A stretch of 64,000 nt of DNA from contig NC_090411.1 of NCBI RefSeq assembly GCF_036365525.1, positions 26,920,819 to 26,984,818 of the forward strand, written 5' to 3'. The first letter of the stretch is position 1. Each line of letters opens with the position of its first letter. Of the stretch, positions 12,467 to 24,769 are shown piece by piece. This DNA comes from Heterodontus francisci. Lineage: Eukaryota. Below the pieces are notes generated by a model, which was given only the letters and a program-made list of their open reading frames with translations, searched no databases and had not been told where the DNA came from. A program made the translations under genes and the position numbers.

Positions 12467-12949
12467 GTCAGAATTTGCCAAAATAAAGGTGTGGAGAAGA
12501 GGGTGGGGCCACATCTTCCTTGCCCAGACTAATAATGTGGTGTGATGGGTTTTTAATTTTTTTTTTTCCTTTTCCCGTTTTTTTCTCCCCTCCTCTGCTG
12601 AAGGTCCTGACTCGTGCTGGGAGGCAGTTCCACGCCGGCCGGTTGTCCCCAGTAAGTATTGGCTGGCTATTCAATCATGGGGAACCTTCTCAGCTTGGCT
12701 CGATTTTGCCCTAATTTGATATGCACGAACACACAGTTTACCAGCCAGTGTCGCTGAACACCAGTTTAGGAGCCCTATTTGCATTTTGGCTCTCCTTCAG
12801 GTCCACTGAAGTTCATGCTTGCTCTCCAGCCTGAGTTCAGCTGGAGCAAAGAAAACCAGATTTCATATTTGGGTCCTCCTGCTCTAAATGGCTTTGGAGC
12901 ACAACAATCAGTACATTTAGCCGCTCAGATTGCACACTCACTATAGCAT

Positions 12950-13585
12950 CAACAACAAGACCTTGTATTTATATAGCGCCTTTAGTGTAATAAAACATCC
13001 CAAGGCACTTAACGTTAAGAAGAAAATGACACCAAGCCGCATAAGGAGATGTTGGGGAAGATGACCAAAAGTTTGGTTTAAGGGGTAAAATTGAAAGAAC
13101 GCCTTAAAGGAGGAAAGAGCGGTAGAAAGGCAGGGAGGGAATTCCAGAGCTAAAGGCACAGCCACCAATGGTGGAGTGATTAAAATCGGGGGAGGGGTCT
13201 GCACCAGGCCAGAATTGGAAGAGTGTAGATAATTCAGAGGGTTGTGGGGCTGGCAGAGGTTACAGAGACAGCCAGGGGTGAGGCCATGAAGGGATTTAAA
13301 AACGAGGATGAGAATTTTAAAATTGAGGCTTTGGTTAACCAGAAGCTAATCTTGGTCAGCGAGCTCAGGGGTGATGAGTGAACGGGACTTGATACGAGCT
13401 GGGACACGGGCAGCTGAGTTTTGGATGACATCAAGTTTACGGAAGGTAGCCTATGGGAGGCTGGTCAGGAGTGTGTTGAAAGAGTCAATAGTCTGGAGGT
13501 AACAAAGGCATGGATGAGCATTTCGGCAGAAGATGAGCTGAGGCAGGGGTGGAGTCAGGTGATGCTGCAGAGGTAGAAATAGGCA
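12950..13585 (-). mobile_element. L2 LINE 3' fragment
   Basis: Reverse complement of an L2-type tail (TTGTATTTATATAGCGCCTTT..AAACATCCCAAGGC) and remnant ILKFSSSFLNPFMASPL. Confidence 0.7.
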
Positions 13586-14502
13586 ACAGAGCAAGTTATA
13601 CTTTGCCCACTCTCATTCTAGTTAAAATGTGACCTGGGCTTGACCTGACAAAGGAGTGAAATTTAGGTTTTAACTCATGATTTATGCTCCACAGCTTTAG
13701 CATCGGTGCAGAGACTTTGTATTGATGCTACACTTGTAGTCAGCGGGGAGCTAGAAATAATGTAATTTGATGCCGGGTTGCATTTGATCCTGGTCCACGA
13801 ATGTGCGATGTTTCCTTGGATGAGAGCTGGACCAGCAGCGCAGTGAGCCTGTAGTTTTATTCTTCTCGTGCCATTAAGAGTATGGGTCCAGTAAAGCTTA
13901 ACCAGTTCCTCATGAAATGGGCACTGGGTAAAGGTAAACTCCTCGGTGTTATTCTGCTTTACAGACCACGAGGTTACAGGTTTCTGTTCCTTTGTGTGCT
14001 GACTGTTGTGTTGGAAAGAACCTCATCTGCTTTGCTTTTCTCCTGTCTCCTCCCACCCCCTCCCTCCACCCCTTTTGGAAGTACATTTGCATGGACCTCA
14101 AGTAAAGGCAGTATCGAGCTTGTTTGCGATGCCCTCTGTGTTAGAATAGCCTGCCAACGCTTGGATGGGAATGATGCCTATTTGGTTGTGAGATTTGGGA
14201 GGGAGCTGACATGTGGAAAAAAGCCAGTGCTTCAGGAGGGGAGGAGTGAAGAAAGCGTCTTGATGGAAACATTGAGAGAGCAAGACTGAGGTGCACTACA
14301 CAGGTGCAATGTGGGAGTTCTCAAACAGTTCAAATTTCCCATGCTCCAAGCAGTCCTGGCGACTTGCAGATCCCTGGACAATAACTTAACTGTAGAATGA
14401 CAGGAGTATTGCATTAACAAAAAAATGGAAGACATGTAAAGAAAATGTCAAGAGGACATTGAAATTTTCAATCCAAAGTCCAACTGTTTTTCCTTCCTAC
14501 AG

Positions 14503-14599
14503 ATGTTCTTTGCTCAATGGGGATGGTCCAGCAGTTAGTATCGCTCATTCAGACAGAACATGATCCCTTTCATGAGCATGTTCTGGGTGCATTGTGCAG
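14503..14599 (+). CDS. HSPBP1: HSPBP1 coding exon 5
   Basis: DVLCSMGMVQQLVSLIQTEHDPFHEHVLGALC, bounded by CTACAG| and |GTAAGT. 97 nt, phase 1 to 2. Confidence 0.96.
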
Positions 14600-16019
14600 G
14601 TAAGTGGAACAAACCTTTGTCCAATTTCACTTTGTCCCTATTACCTGCTTTTATTTTCTCCTCCACTGTTGGCATTGCGTATTGTCCCTCCAGCTACCCA
14701 CTCGAGCATCTACTCTTCACATGGTGTGTGTTGGCAGGCTGTTTAACCATGGAGGGCAACACATCCGAACCGGATCCTGTTCTGGTTCACCGTCCATGCA
14801 CTTTCCAGCTGAGGCCCTTATTAACTGGAGGTAAAGGAGTTCAAGTGGGAGCTGGTGCATTGAGTCTTGATTTTTATTTTATTTATTTAAATACAGTAAG
14901 GATGCAGGTTGGAGCAAGTCTGTAAGATATTTTCTACAAGTGGAGAAAACAAGACCCCATCTCCCCCAAACCCAGTAGTATGGAATCCAGTTGTACTCTG
15001 TCCCTTCATCAGTGCTTTGCTGGTAGAGATGGTTGGGCCGTTCCAGGCTTATATTTACAGCAACAGTCTATGTTTATACAGTGCTTCTCATAACCTGGAG
15101 GTGGGTGCTAAGCTGGAAGTAAAGGCACTTGGTCAGGTGAGACTGTTGGTATAGTTAAAGTCCAAGGGGTTTATAAAGGGACTTTTGAAGGCAGAGAGAG
15201 GAAGCAGGGGAAAATGACTTGGGAAGAGAGTCGAGAGGAAGGAACATAGTAGTTGAAGGATTGGTCCCAGATGGAGGAGCTGGGGACTACTAATTATCCA
15301 GAGTTGGAGAAACTGGGTTTGAGCCACAGTGGGTGGTTGGAAAAGAATTCCCAAATAAGGGCTGTGGGGAAAGAGCAAGGGAGTGGAACTAATTGTGGAC
15401 AGAGTTGGCACAGGCACAATGGCCCGAATGGTCTGTAAAACTCTTATGAAGTAGGATGGGAGAGGCTGGTAAGCAACATGAAAGTGAGAATAGGGATCCT
15501 GAAGTCCATAACCTGAGGACAGGTTTATGAGGTTTGTGGGAGAGGAATTGGACAAAGGGTTAAGAAGGAAGCCAAGGAAAAGGCATTTAAGAGATAATCC
15601 TCAAGAAGTAAAGGTATGGGTGAGGATTTTGGCAGCAGATGAAGGGTGCAGTACGGGTGTAAACGAGCAGTGTTGCAGAAGTGGAAGATGGTGAACTTAG
15701 TGACAGGTCAAACCTGGGGTATCGCAGAAGCGATAAATAGTCACAGCAAACATCTGCTCCCCAGAGGAGCCCCAGTTTGAAAGCCTGTGATTCCAAGTTG
15801 TCTTGTTGGAGCCTTCTGTCATGCCTTTTGTGGGTATGGGGCGTGATTTATGCTAGATATTTTCTTGGACTCATTCACTTGCCGAGTGACAGTGACCCAA
15901 CCCTTCTGAAAGGGTACTTGATTGCACCTCTCATAGTTAGCAGGGGTCAACGGCCATCCATCATTATAGAATAGATACCTGACTTTTTACAGTGGCAAAG
16001 ATATGTGTGATAGAATGTA

Positions 16020-16537
16020 CAAAGTGATTCTTGACAACGCAGCCGGCGGGGACGTCATCCAACTGTGCCAACCTGCATTCCAAATTGTCAGGACCGGTTG
16101 GCACATGCGCGGACGACGTCATCATGTAAATTGCCAGGACTGGTACACGCATGCCCAGATGACGTCATTGCATAATGCGGGAGAGAGAGCAAGTGGAGAA
16201 GTGGGGAGAGAGTGGCGGTGGTGCGGGCGAGGCGGGTGTGCTCTTCTCCTGCCCCCCACCCCTGCCCGCGCTGTCCAGACATTCCCCCCGCCCGCTCTCT
16301 CCGGCCATTCACCCCTCACCCCGTTCTCTCCTGTCATTCCCCAGCCAGCCGATCTCTCCAGCCATTGTGTGCTGCCATATGTTTACGTTGCCTTTGTGTG
16401 ATTATTTGAGCAGTGCCATTTTTAGTCCTGGCAGCTGCCTGAATGTCGCTGGCTGTGACGTTTTAGTTGAACAGGCTGCATTTGCGCATGTGCCAGTGCA
16501 GTGCCACCTGGTGGCTGCGTTGTCAGCAAACGCAGCC
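16020..16537. mobile_element. CpG-rich 518-bp non-autonomous DNA element with 9-bp flanking direct repeat and 13-bp subterminal inverted repeats
   Basis: TAGAATGTA at 16011-16019 and 16538-16546. TGACAACGCAGCC (16032-16044) and GGCTGCGTTGTCA (16513-16525) each lie 12 nt inside an end. Confidence 0.7.
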
Positions 16538-16816
16538 TAGAATGTATTGGCTCGGGTCAATTAAACTTGCAGAGCCTTCTGCATCTAGCTTCCCTGGTTT
16601 GAGTTTATGGCCTTTCTGTTGAGAAATATTCCAAGACACCCTGGGTGTTAAACCATTGCATGCTGTTTCCAGCAATACAAAATACAAGTTCAAAAATCCA
16701 AAGTAAGGAAAAATCTATTCCCACAGTGGGGAAGGGAAGGTAAGGTCCTGTACGTGACAGGGCCTTTGAGCTGGTTTCTCTGCTTGAGTGGCTCTGAATA
16801 TTTCTTGCCTCTGCAG

Positions 16817-16928
16817 CCTGGTAACGGATTTCCCTCGTGGAGTGAAGCAGTGTCAAGAACTGGAGCTGGGTCTGGAGGATATTCTGATCGAGAGATCACA
16901 GATGCTGAAAGATCAGGAGGAATTTCAG
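16817..16928 (+). CDS. HSPBP1: HSPBP1 coding exon 6
   Basis: SLVTDFPRGVKQCQELELGLEDIL..EEFQ, bounded by CTGCAG| and |GTGCAT. 112 nt, phase 2 to 0. Confidence 0.95.
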
Positions 16929-18937
16929 GTGCATAAAATATTTTGGGGACAGCCCAGTGTCAGAAACATAAGCTGGGTCATTATTATATTCTTACAAGGG
17001 AGAATAGCTCCCAACAGACATATAATACTTGTAACTTGATTTGTAAAACCTTTGGAGACTAGAGCGTCAGCTCTGATTTTTGTGCTCTAGTCTCTGGAGT
17101 GGGACTGGAACCTGCAATGAGTGTATCTACTCACTGAGGCAGAGCTGACACTCCATTTAGTTGTATCCAGTATTGAACTGAGCAACACCAGCCAGGAAGG
17201 TCCTTGATCTATGCGGCAGACTGGTTACAAATAATCTCAGGGTGCTGAGCTGGTTGCAATCTAATAGCTTCTGCTTGAGGCCTAATTTCTGGCTCGGTTG
17301 TAGTGTCCACCGCCCCCCCCACCCCTCCCAAAAACAATGGAATATCTCCATGGTCGGGGCCCATTCTGCTTCCCACGAGCCACTTAGGCAGGATAGTGGC
17401 AGATTTGAAGCCTGGATGATTCTGGACCCTGGCAGCATTCAGCTGCTTCAGGAGAAGACAGGGGTGAGGAAATGTTCAGATGGAAATGTTCGAATTCCCA
17501 ACAGCAGTGCACAGAAACAACACCAGCACTTTATCGATCTAACAATACCCAGCCTGGAACCAGACAATGCAATCGGCCGGCCAGTCAGAAAGTGAAAAGG
17601 GCCAGGTTAATACTTCTGGGGTAGATTCTTTGCCTTGTCATTGTCTCAGAGATAGTCTTTGTGGATCATCCATCAGTTTTCACCACCTCCAGCTTTTCAA
17701 AGAAATCTGTTTGACAGCCGTTTACCCTTCTCAGTGATGCAAGTCGGCATTCCTGTCTGTTCATTTATATTCTGTTCTCTGTCTCTTTATTTTGTCCTGT
17801 CCTACTTAAGGGACCTTCCCCTCTTCCAGTTCAGGCGAAGAGTCCACTCCTGAAATATTAACCTGCATTTTCCCTTTACAGATACTGATGGGCCCTCCAT
17901 GTTTTTACTTAGAATTTGTATATAATTTACTGCACAGCCACAGACCTTTTTAGCCCAAATGGTCTAACCTGGTTTTAATGCTACACACGAGCCTTCTCCG
18001 TACTTGATCTAACCCTTCTAATATTTTCTTCCTCATGTCATATCTACCTATGGCAGTGAGTTATATATTCTAACCATTCTCTTGCTAGAGCAGTTTCTCA
18101 TGAATTCTTAACTATCTTTTATTTATGGCCCCTGCTTTTGAGACATCTTCACGTCTACTCTAACAAACCCCCCTTATAATTTTAAAGAGCCCTTATCAGG
18201 TCAGCCACTCAGCCTTCAATTTTCTAGAGAAAAGAGCTCCAGCCTGTTCCATCTTTCCTGTCAGTTCTAGTATATTTGTAAACCTTCAGTACTTTCACCG
18301 GTGCCTCTATATCTAATGTGTGATGGGGATTTTTTTTGCATTTTTGTTTATTTGAAAGCTAATACCTGTTGCTTTCATTGGCCTGTGGAATTCTCTGAGT
18401 CAGCAGCAAATTCTTCCTATTCATCTAACTTTCAAAAATAACTTTTCTGACCATTTAAAAATGTTTTTATTAGTTTTGTTCTAAAAGTTTTACAGGCGTC
18501 TGCAGTACCAGAAGGCCCCTATTAGTGACATCACAACAGGTTGTTCAGCATCCCGAAAAGTGAAAATGCATGTTATAGGTGTATAGATTCTGTCACATGG
18601 CTCACATCACCCTTGCTGCCTTTCCATGGTCCCAAGACCCATTTGTATGTAAATAGTGTACGTATGGTGCCTCATTGAAGAAGCTGGATGTGTTTGCACA
18701 AGATTAATAATTATCTTAAGTAACTCTAATCCTGCATTCATTTCAATATTTGCAACTCCACACCACACTTAACCATGGGCATGGCCAACAGCCTTGATGC
18801 CTCTACCATTTTCTGTCTGTGCTGAGTTATTTGGCCTTAGCCAGGGATAGCATTAGATCACTAAAGTTGGATTCAGCACCACAAAACTCAGGAGGGAAAT
18901 TCAATTGGATTCCAGCTTTCAGTTACTATTCTGTTGG

Positions 18938-19034
18938 AATAAAAACAAAGTGCTGGAAATAAACAGCGGGTCTGGCAGCATCTGTGGAGAGAGCAGCAGA
19001 GTTAAGATTTCAGGTCAGTGACCCTTCATCAGAA
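18938..19034 (-). mobile_element. 97-bp solo Penelope-tail insertion with hammerhead-like motif and 13-bp TSD
   Basis: ACTATTCTGTTGG at 18925-18937 and 19035-19047. On the - strand the insert begins TTCTGATGAAGGGTCACTGACCTGAAA. Confidence 0.8.
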
Positions 19035-19313
19035 ACTATTCTGTTGGCCCTAGTTGGAAAACTGGTGCGTTTGTGCCTATCATCCGAAGTTGGGATTGGG
19101 CTTTAATGTGATGCCTTCTGTAGTTGAATGGCCTGATAATACTTCTGAAGCCTCACCAGTGCCAAATGGTCATTTCGATGAGATACCAGAGGGCAGGTGC
19201 CTCTGGAACAGCGCTGTAGCAGGATCTATTCCCATCAGGGGAGGAAGGGGGTAATAACAGATGGAAATTGGAGGATGAAAAGAATAAATTCTATCTGACT
19301 TAAATTTTAACAG

Positions 19314-19388
19314 GAAGAGTTGGAGTTCTGTGAGCAACTACTACGAATTTGCTTCAGCCAGCCAGAGGAGAATGGGATGGATCGGTGA
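19314..19388 (+). CDS. HSPBP1: HSPBP1 last coding exon
   Basis: AACAG|GAAGAG; EELEFCEQLLRICFSQPEENGMDR* matches the human C-terminus (EELEFCEKLLQTCFSS..SMDR). The spliced CDS is 978 nt, 325 aa, in frame throughout. Confidence 0.95.
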   Translation, partial: EELEFCEQLLRICFSQPEENGMDR

Positions 19389-20788
19389 TCACCGGCAGAA
19401 GTTGCTCTTCAGTAGTTGATGCTGCATTGTCAGAGAGAGGTTCCCTGATTTTCAAACGGCTAACTGGGATCTGTAAAGGCCTGGAATCTTGGTGTGTTTT
19501 ATATCAGCCTATATATTACACTTATTAAAAAAAAAGGACTGTTTAACAACCATTTATTTAATCTTTTAATGTCAATTTATGGTAGAGACATACCTGATCC
19601 CAAACATTTGAGCACCCATCCAACCAGAGCATTTCCCAATTACCTTTCGCAATGAATTTCTGCTCGGCGCAGAATTTTCTCCATTCATTTCCCTTTAATG
19701 GTCAGTGGTAGAATAATTACAGTTCGCAAGCAGTGACCAGATCATTTTACAAATTCTGTCACTTGCTATTTAAAATCTGTTTCGGTGCACATGTTTTTAC
19801 TTTATAGAATAAGTCGTTGAAAGGGTACGCAAGCTAGAAATTCGCAGTCGGCTATTTTTGCAGAATCACTGACCCCATAGAACAGCAATGAGCAAATGTG
19901 TTGTGGCAATTTGCCTGCATCAGCCACCTCTTTTTTTTTTCCTCTCCCCCTCCCCCAGAGGGATGTGCAGTTTGTTTCTGAGTGACTGTTTGTGTTCTCG
20001 GGTCATTGATCCTGTGGCTGCTTATGTGACATACAAACCCAGATGAGTGACTACAAAGTGGTGAAGCTGCTGAATAATTACCCCACTGTCTGATATCTGA
20101 ACACCTTTTTCTGCACGCTGGGTCTGTAATTTGAAGTGCTCACAGTAGCAATTATTCGAGTGGTTAATGAAAAAGAAATTGAATTTTAATTTGAGGGAGG
20201 GGTATTTTTAAACCCTGTTATCTTGCAAAAGCATTTTAACCTTCAAGATGTTCTGGAAAACTGAAACCATTAATTGAGAGACCTTATAGAATGTCAGGGT
20301 GATCTGAATCATTCAAGTGTTGACCACAAGGGTTGCTGACCTGCCCTGCTTGTAATGAGGGGTTGCAAAATGACTTTTTACCTGAAGCTCTGAGGGTCAG
20401 ATGCAGCTCTGGTAGGAGGGGGGGGCGGGGGGGGCTGCAGGTCTCCTCTGTGGCTGCAAGGTGGTCCCAGTGCTGACCCTGGAAGGTACACAGCACCAAG
20501 AGTAATATTGATTGCTCTACGTAGCATTTTAAATTCAGAAGCAGTTATACGTGTTTAAAAACTGAAGGACGGGCTATGACTGTAATAACCTGGTGTCATT
20601 TTGTTAAGCCATTTGTTTTTGCTGCAAAATGTTAGATTCAGTTTCTGTGAAAAAAATTAAAATGGCATTTGAACATGTTCTGATCTGTGGGTTTTTCTTT
20701 GTACTTTAGTGTCAACGTTTGACTGTCTTCCTTTTGTGTTTCTCTTCATCTGTCTCTAAAATGGACAATTATGTTGGTTACACTCTTC

Positions 20789-20794
20789 AATAAA
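20789..20794 (+). terminator. Candidate HSPBP1 poly(A) signal AATAAA (alternative ATTAAA at 19524-19529)
   Basis: Hexamer match downstream of the stop codon. Usage cannot be determined from sequence. Confidence 0.35.
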
Positions 20795-21067
20795 AGACCA
20801 CCAACTCTATAAACAAACAACAACTTGCATTTATATAGCGCCTTTTAACATAAAATGTCCCAAGGTGCTTCACAGGATCATTATCAAGAAAATTTGACAT
20901 TTGTTGAGAAACCCACTGGGAAAGAAATAATTCCAAGTTTCTCTCAGCTCCAACTGGAGTTGCCCATCACTCCATGCTATTTAGCTACATTTTCTTCATT
21001 TCATAGTTAGCACAGCAGTTCAAGCAGCCGTGAAACCATCTAGTTGATTATCTCTATCATGCCAGAG

Positions 21068-21139
21068 ACCCGGCTAACTCAGTTGGTAGAGCAGACGACT
21101 CCTAAACTTAGGTCGTGGGTTCGATTCCCACATTGGCTG
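21068..21139 (+). pseudogene. tRNA-Lys(CTT)-derived pseudogene
   Basis: ACCCGGCTAACTCAGTTGGTAGAGCA..GACTCCTAA..GGTCGTGGGTTCGATTCCCACATTGG aligns to vertebrate tRNA-Lys-CTT. The anticodon now reads CCT, and the anticodon and acceptor stems are mispaired. Confidence 0.75.
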
Positions 21140-21649
21140 ATCTGTGTCTCCAGCACAGTCAGGATGGGCCAAATAGCTTGCTTTCCGAGCTGTCAAGATT
21201 CTAACCTTCAATTTCATTCCTAACCAGATATTTAGCCATTTTTTATATTCCATTAACAACAGTCACTGCTTTTTGACGGGAGTCATCACTTTTTTCCTGC
21301 ATGTAGCAGAAATAATTTCCAGTATACATATATATTCCTCACAGCATAACATGGGAGCTGGAGGTTACTGCAAGACTGTTGTGGGTCTTCAGTCTGCAAT
21401 AACTGTTCTATTGCTTAGAATTCTTTACCTCTGATTAGCCATTTAAAGAGTCTCCAAGCCAAACTCTCGCTGAGACCACCGCCTGGTGTGGAACTGCATA
21501 CCAGAAAGGTGCCAAGGATTGTGACTGGTCTGTGCTTGGCTGACCTCCACCAGGAAGGATGAGAGGACTGTCCTATGAAGAGAGATTGAGTTCAGAGAAT
21601 AAGAGGTAAACTCATTGAAATGTATAACATTCTTGGCTTGACAGGGAGA

Positions 21650-21905
21650 TAATCTGTTTTTTGTGATGTTGCTTGAGGGATAAGTATTGGCCAGGACACC
21701 GGGGAGAACGCCCCTGTTCTCCTTGAAAATCGTGCAATGGGATCTTTTACATCCACCCAAGAAAGATGGGACCTTGGTTTAACGTCTCATCTGAAAGACA
21801 GCACCTCTGACAGTGTAGTACTTAGTACTGCACTGTAGTGTCAGCTTTGATTTTTGTGCTGAAGCCCAGGAATGAAATTTGAACTCTGAACCTTGTGACT
21901 CAGGC
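21650..21905 (-). mobile_element. Deu-domain SINE fragment
   Basis: GATAAGTATTGGCCAGGACACCGGGGAGAAC..GGGATCTTTTACATCCACC..TTTAACGTCTCATCTGAAAGACAGCACCTC. Confidence 0.7.
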
Positions 21906-22018
21906 GAAAAATATTTATCCCTCCATCAACGTAATAGAAAACAGATTACCTGGTTATTATCATATTGCTGTTTGTGGGAGCTTGCTGTGTGTATACTCGC
22001 TGCCATTTTCTCTGCACT

Positions 22019-24769
22019 TCTTTTGGGCCTCCTTATCTCGAGAGACAATGGATACGCGCCTGGAGGTGGTCAGTGGTTTGTGAAGCAGCGCCTGGAGTGG
22101 CTATAAAGGCCAATTCTGGAGTGACAGGCTCTTCCACAGGTGCTGCAGAGAAATTTGTTTGTTGGGGCTGTTGCACAGTTGGCTCTCCCCTTGCGCCTCT
22201 GTCTTTTTTCCTGCCAACTACTAAGTCTCTTCGACTCGCCACAATTTAGCCCTGTCTTTATGGCTGCCCGCCAGCTCTGGCGAATGCTGGCAACTGACTC
22301 CCACGACTTGTGATCAATGTCACACGATTTCATGTCGCGTTTGCAGACGTCTTTATAACGGAGACATGGACGGCCGGTGGGTCTGATACCAGTGGCGAGC
22401 TCGCTGTACAATGTGTCTTTGGGGATCCTGCCATCTTCCATGCGGCTCACATGGCCAAGCCATCTCAAGCGCCGCTGACTCAGTAGTGTGTATAAGCTGG
22501 GGGTGTTGGCCGCTTCAAGGACTTCTGTGTTGGAGATATAGTCCTGCCACCTGATGCCAAGTATTCTCCGAAGGCAGCGAAGATGGAATGAATTGAGACG
22601 TCGCTCTTGGCTGGCATACATTGTCCAGGCCTCGCTGTCGTAGAGCAAGGTACTGAGGACACAGGCCTGATACACTCGGACTTTTGTGTTCCGTGTCAGT
22701 GCGCCATTTTCCCACACTCTCTTGGCCAGTCTGGACATAGCAGTGGAAGCCTTACCCATGCGCTTGTTGATTTCTGCATCTAGAGACAGGTTACTGGTGA
22801 TAGTTGAGCCTAGGTAGGTGAACTCTTGAACCACTTCCAGAGCGTGGTCGCCAATATTGATGGATGGAGCATTTCTGACATCCTGCCCCATGATGTTCGT
22901 TTTCTTGAGGCTGATGGTTAGGCCAAATTCATTGCAGGCAGACGCAAACCTGTCGATGAGACTCTGCAGGCATTCTTCAGTGTGAGATGTTAAAGCAGCA
23001 TCGTCAGCAAAGAGGAGTTCTCTGATGAGGACTTTCCGTACTTTGGACTTCGCTCTTAGACGGGCAAGGTTGAACAACCTGCCCCCTGATCTTGTGTGGA
23101 GGAAAATTCCTTCTTCAGAGGATTTGAACGCATGTGAAAGCAGCAGGAAGAAGAAAATCCCAAAAAGTGTGGGTGCGAGAACACAGCCCTGTTTCACACC
23201 ACTCAGGATAGGAAAGGGCTCTGATGAGGAGCCACCATGTTGAATTGTGCCTTTCATATTGTCATGGAATGAGGTGATGATACTTAGTAGCTTTGGTGGA
23301 CATCCGATCTTTTCTAGTAGTCTGAAGAGACCACGTCTGCTGACGAGGTCAAAGGCTTTGGTGAGATCAATGAAAGCAATGTAGAGGGGCATCTGTTGTT
23401 CACGGCATTTCTCCTGTATCTGACGAAGGGAGAACAGCATGTCAATAGTCGATCTCTCTGCACGAAAGCCACACTGTGCCTCAGGGTAGACGCGCTCAGC
23501 CAGCTTCTGGAGCCTGTTCAGAGCGACTCGAGCAAAGACTTTCCCCACTATGCTGAGCAGGGAGATTCCACGGTAGTTGTTGCAGTCACCGCGGTCACCT
23601 TTGTTTTTATAGAGGGTGATGATGTTGGCATCGCGCATGTCCTGGGGTACTGCTCCCTCGTCCCAGCACAGGCATAGCAGTTCATGTAGTGCTGAGAGTA
23701 TAGCAGGCTTGGCACTCTTGATTATTTCAGGGGTAATGCTGTCCTTCCCAGGGGCTTTTCCGCTGGCTAGGGAATCAATGGCATCACTGAGTTCCGATTT
23801 GGTTGGCTGTATGTCCAGCTCATCCATGACTGGTAGAGGCTGGGCTGCATTGAGGGCAGTCTCAGTGACAGCATTCTCCCTGGAGTACAGTTCTAGGTAG
23901 TGCTCAACCCAGCGGTCCATCTGTTTGCGTTGGTCAGTGATTATGTCCCCCGATTTAGATTTGAGGGGGGTGATCTTCTTGATGGTTGGCCCAAGAGCTC
24001 TCTTCATGCCATCATACATTCCTCTGATGTTTCCGGTGTCTGAGGCCAGCTGAATATGACTGCATAGGTGTTGCCAGTAGTCGTTTGCGCAACGCCTAGC
24101 TGTTCTTTGTGCAGTACTTCTGGCTGCTTTAAGTGCTGCGGATGTTAAATCGCTGGGGGCTTTCTTGTAGTTCAAAAGTGCAATGCGCTTAGCGGCTATG
24201 ACAGGTTCCAGCTCTTCATTATGAGATTGAAACCAGTCTGCATTTCTCTTCGCACTTTTGCCGTAGGTGGTCAAAGCTGACTCATAGATGGCGTCTCTGA
24301 TGTGGGCCCACTTGGTCTCAGCATCCCCTGTGGGAGTGTTTTGAAGGGCTGTTACAAGTGAATTTAGAAATTTTTGTAACAGCTGTGGGTGAGAAATTCT
24401 GCTCGTGTTGATGCGCGGGTGGCCCTTCTGCTTGGAATGATGCAACTTCTTTGGTCTGAGTCTAACCTTGCTGCACACCAGGGAGTGGTCGGTGTCGCAG
24501 TCCGCACTGTGGAAGCTGCGTGTGATTTGAACACTGTTTAAGGCGGCTCGCCTTGTGACAATGAGGTCTAGCTGGTGCCAACGACGTGATCTTGGGTGCC
24601 TCCATGAAACCTGGTGACAGGGTTTAGTGTGAAAGAACGAGTTGGTGATGCAGAGGTTATGATAGGTACACAACTCAAGCAGTCTCTGCCCGTTCTCATT
24701 CATCCTTCCAACGCCATAGCGCCCAAGGCAGGAGGGCCATGAGTCATGGTCGGCCCCAACCCTGGCTAA
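22019..24769 (-). mobile_element. Young RTE-clade LINE, 5'-truncated within the APE domain, ORF otherwise open, 72-bp TSD
   Basis: About 900 uninterrupted codons with APE C-terminal motifs (NENGQRLL, DTDHSLV), RT motifs (NYRGISLL, FIDLTKAFD, GVKQGCVLAP, LFADD) and a C-terminal CSTCGRAC..HSRRC. Tail CCAAAAGAAG. Identical 72-bp flanks at 21947-22018 and 24770-24841. Confidence 0.95.

Noticed and set aside
16003-16540. Overlapping GC-rich ORFs, or a separate gene promoter, in HSPBP1 intron
   Set aside because: The ORFs have no recognisable motifs and reflect high GC. The segment is bounded by a direct repeat and inverted repeats, which fits an inserted element.
16513-16540. Helitron 3' end (hairpin followed by CTAG)
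   Set aside because: The hairpin abuts CTAG without the usual spacer, and the TAG is part of a 9-bp flanking duplication, which Helitrons do not make.
21068-21139. Functional tRNA-Arg(CCT)
   Set aside because: The body is tRNA-Lys-like, and the anticodon and acceptor stems are mispaired.
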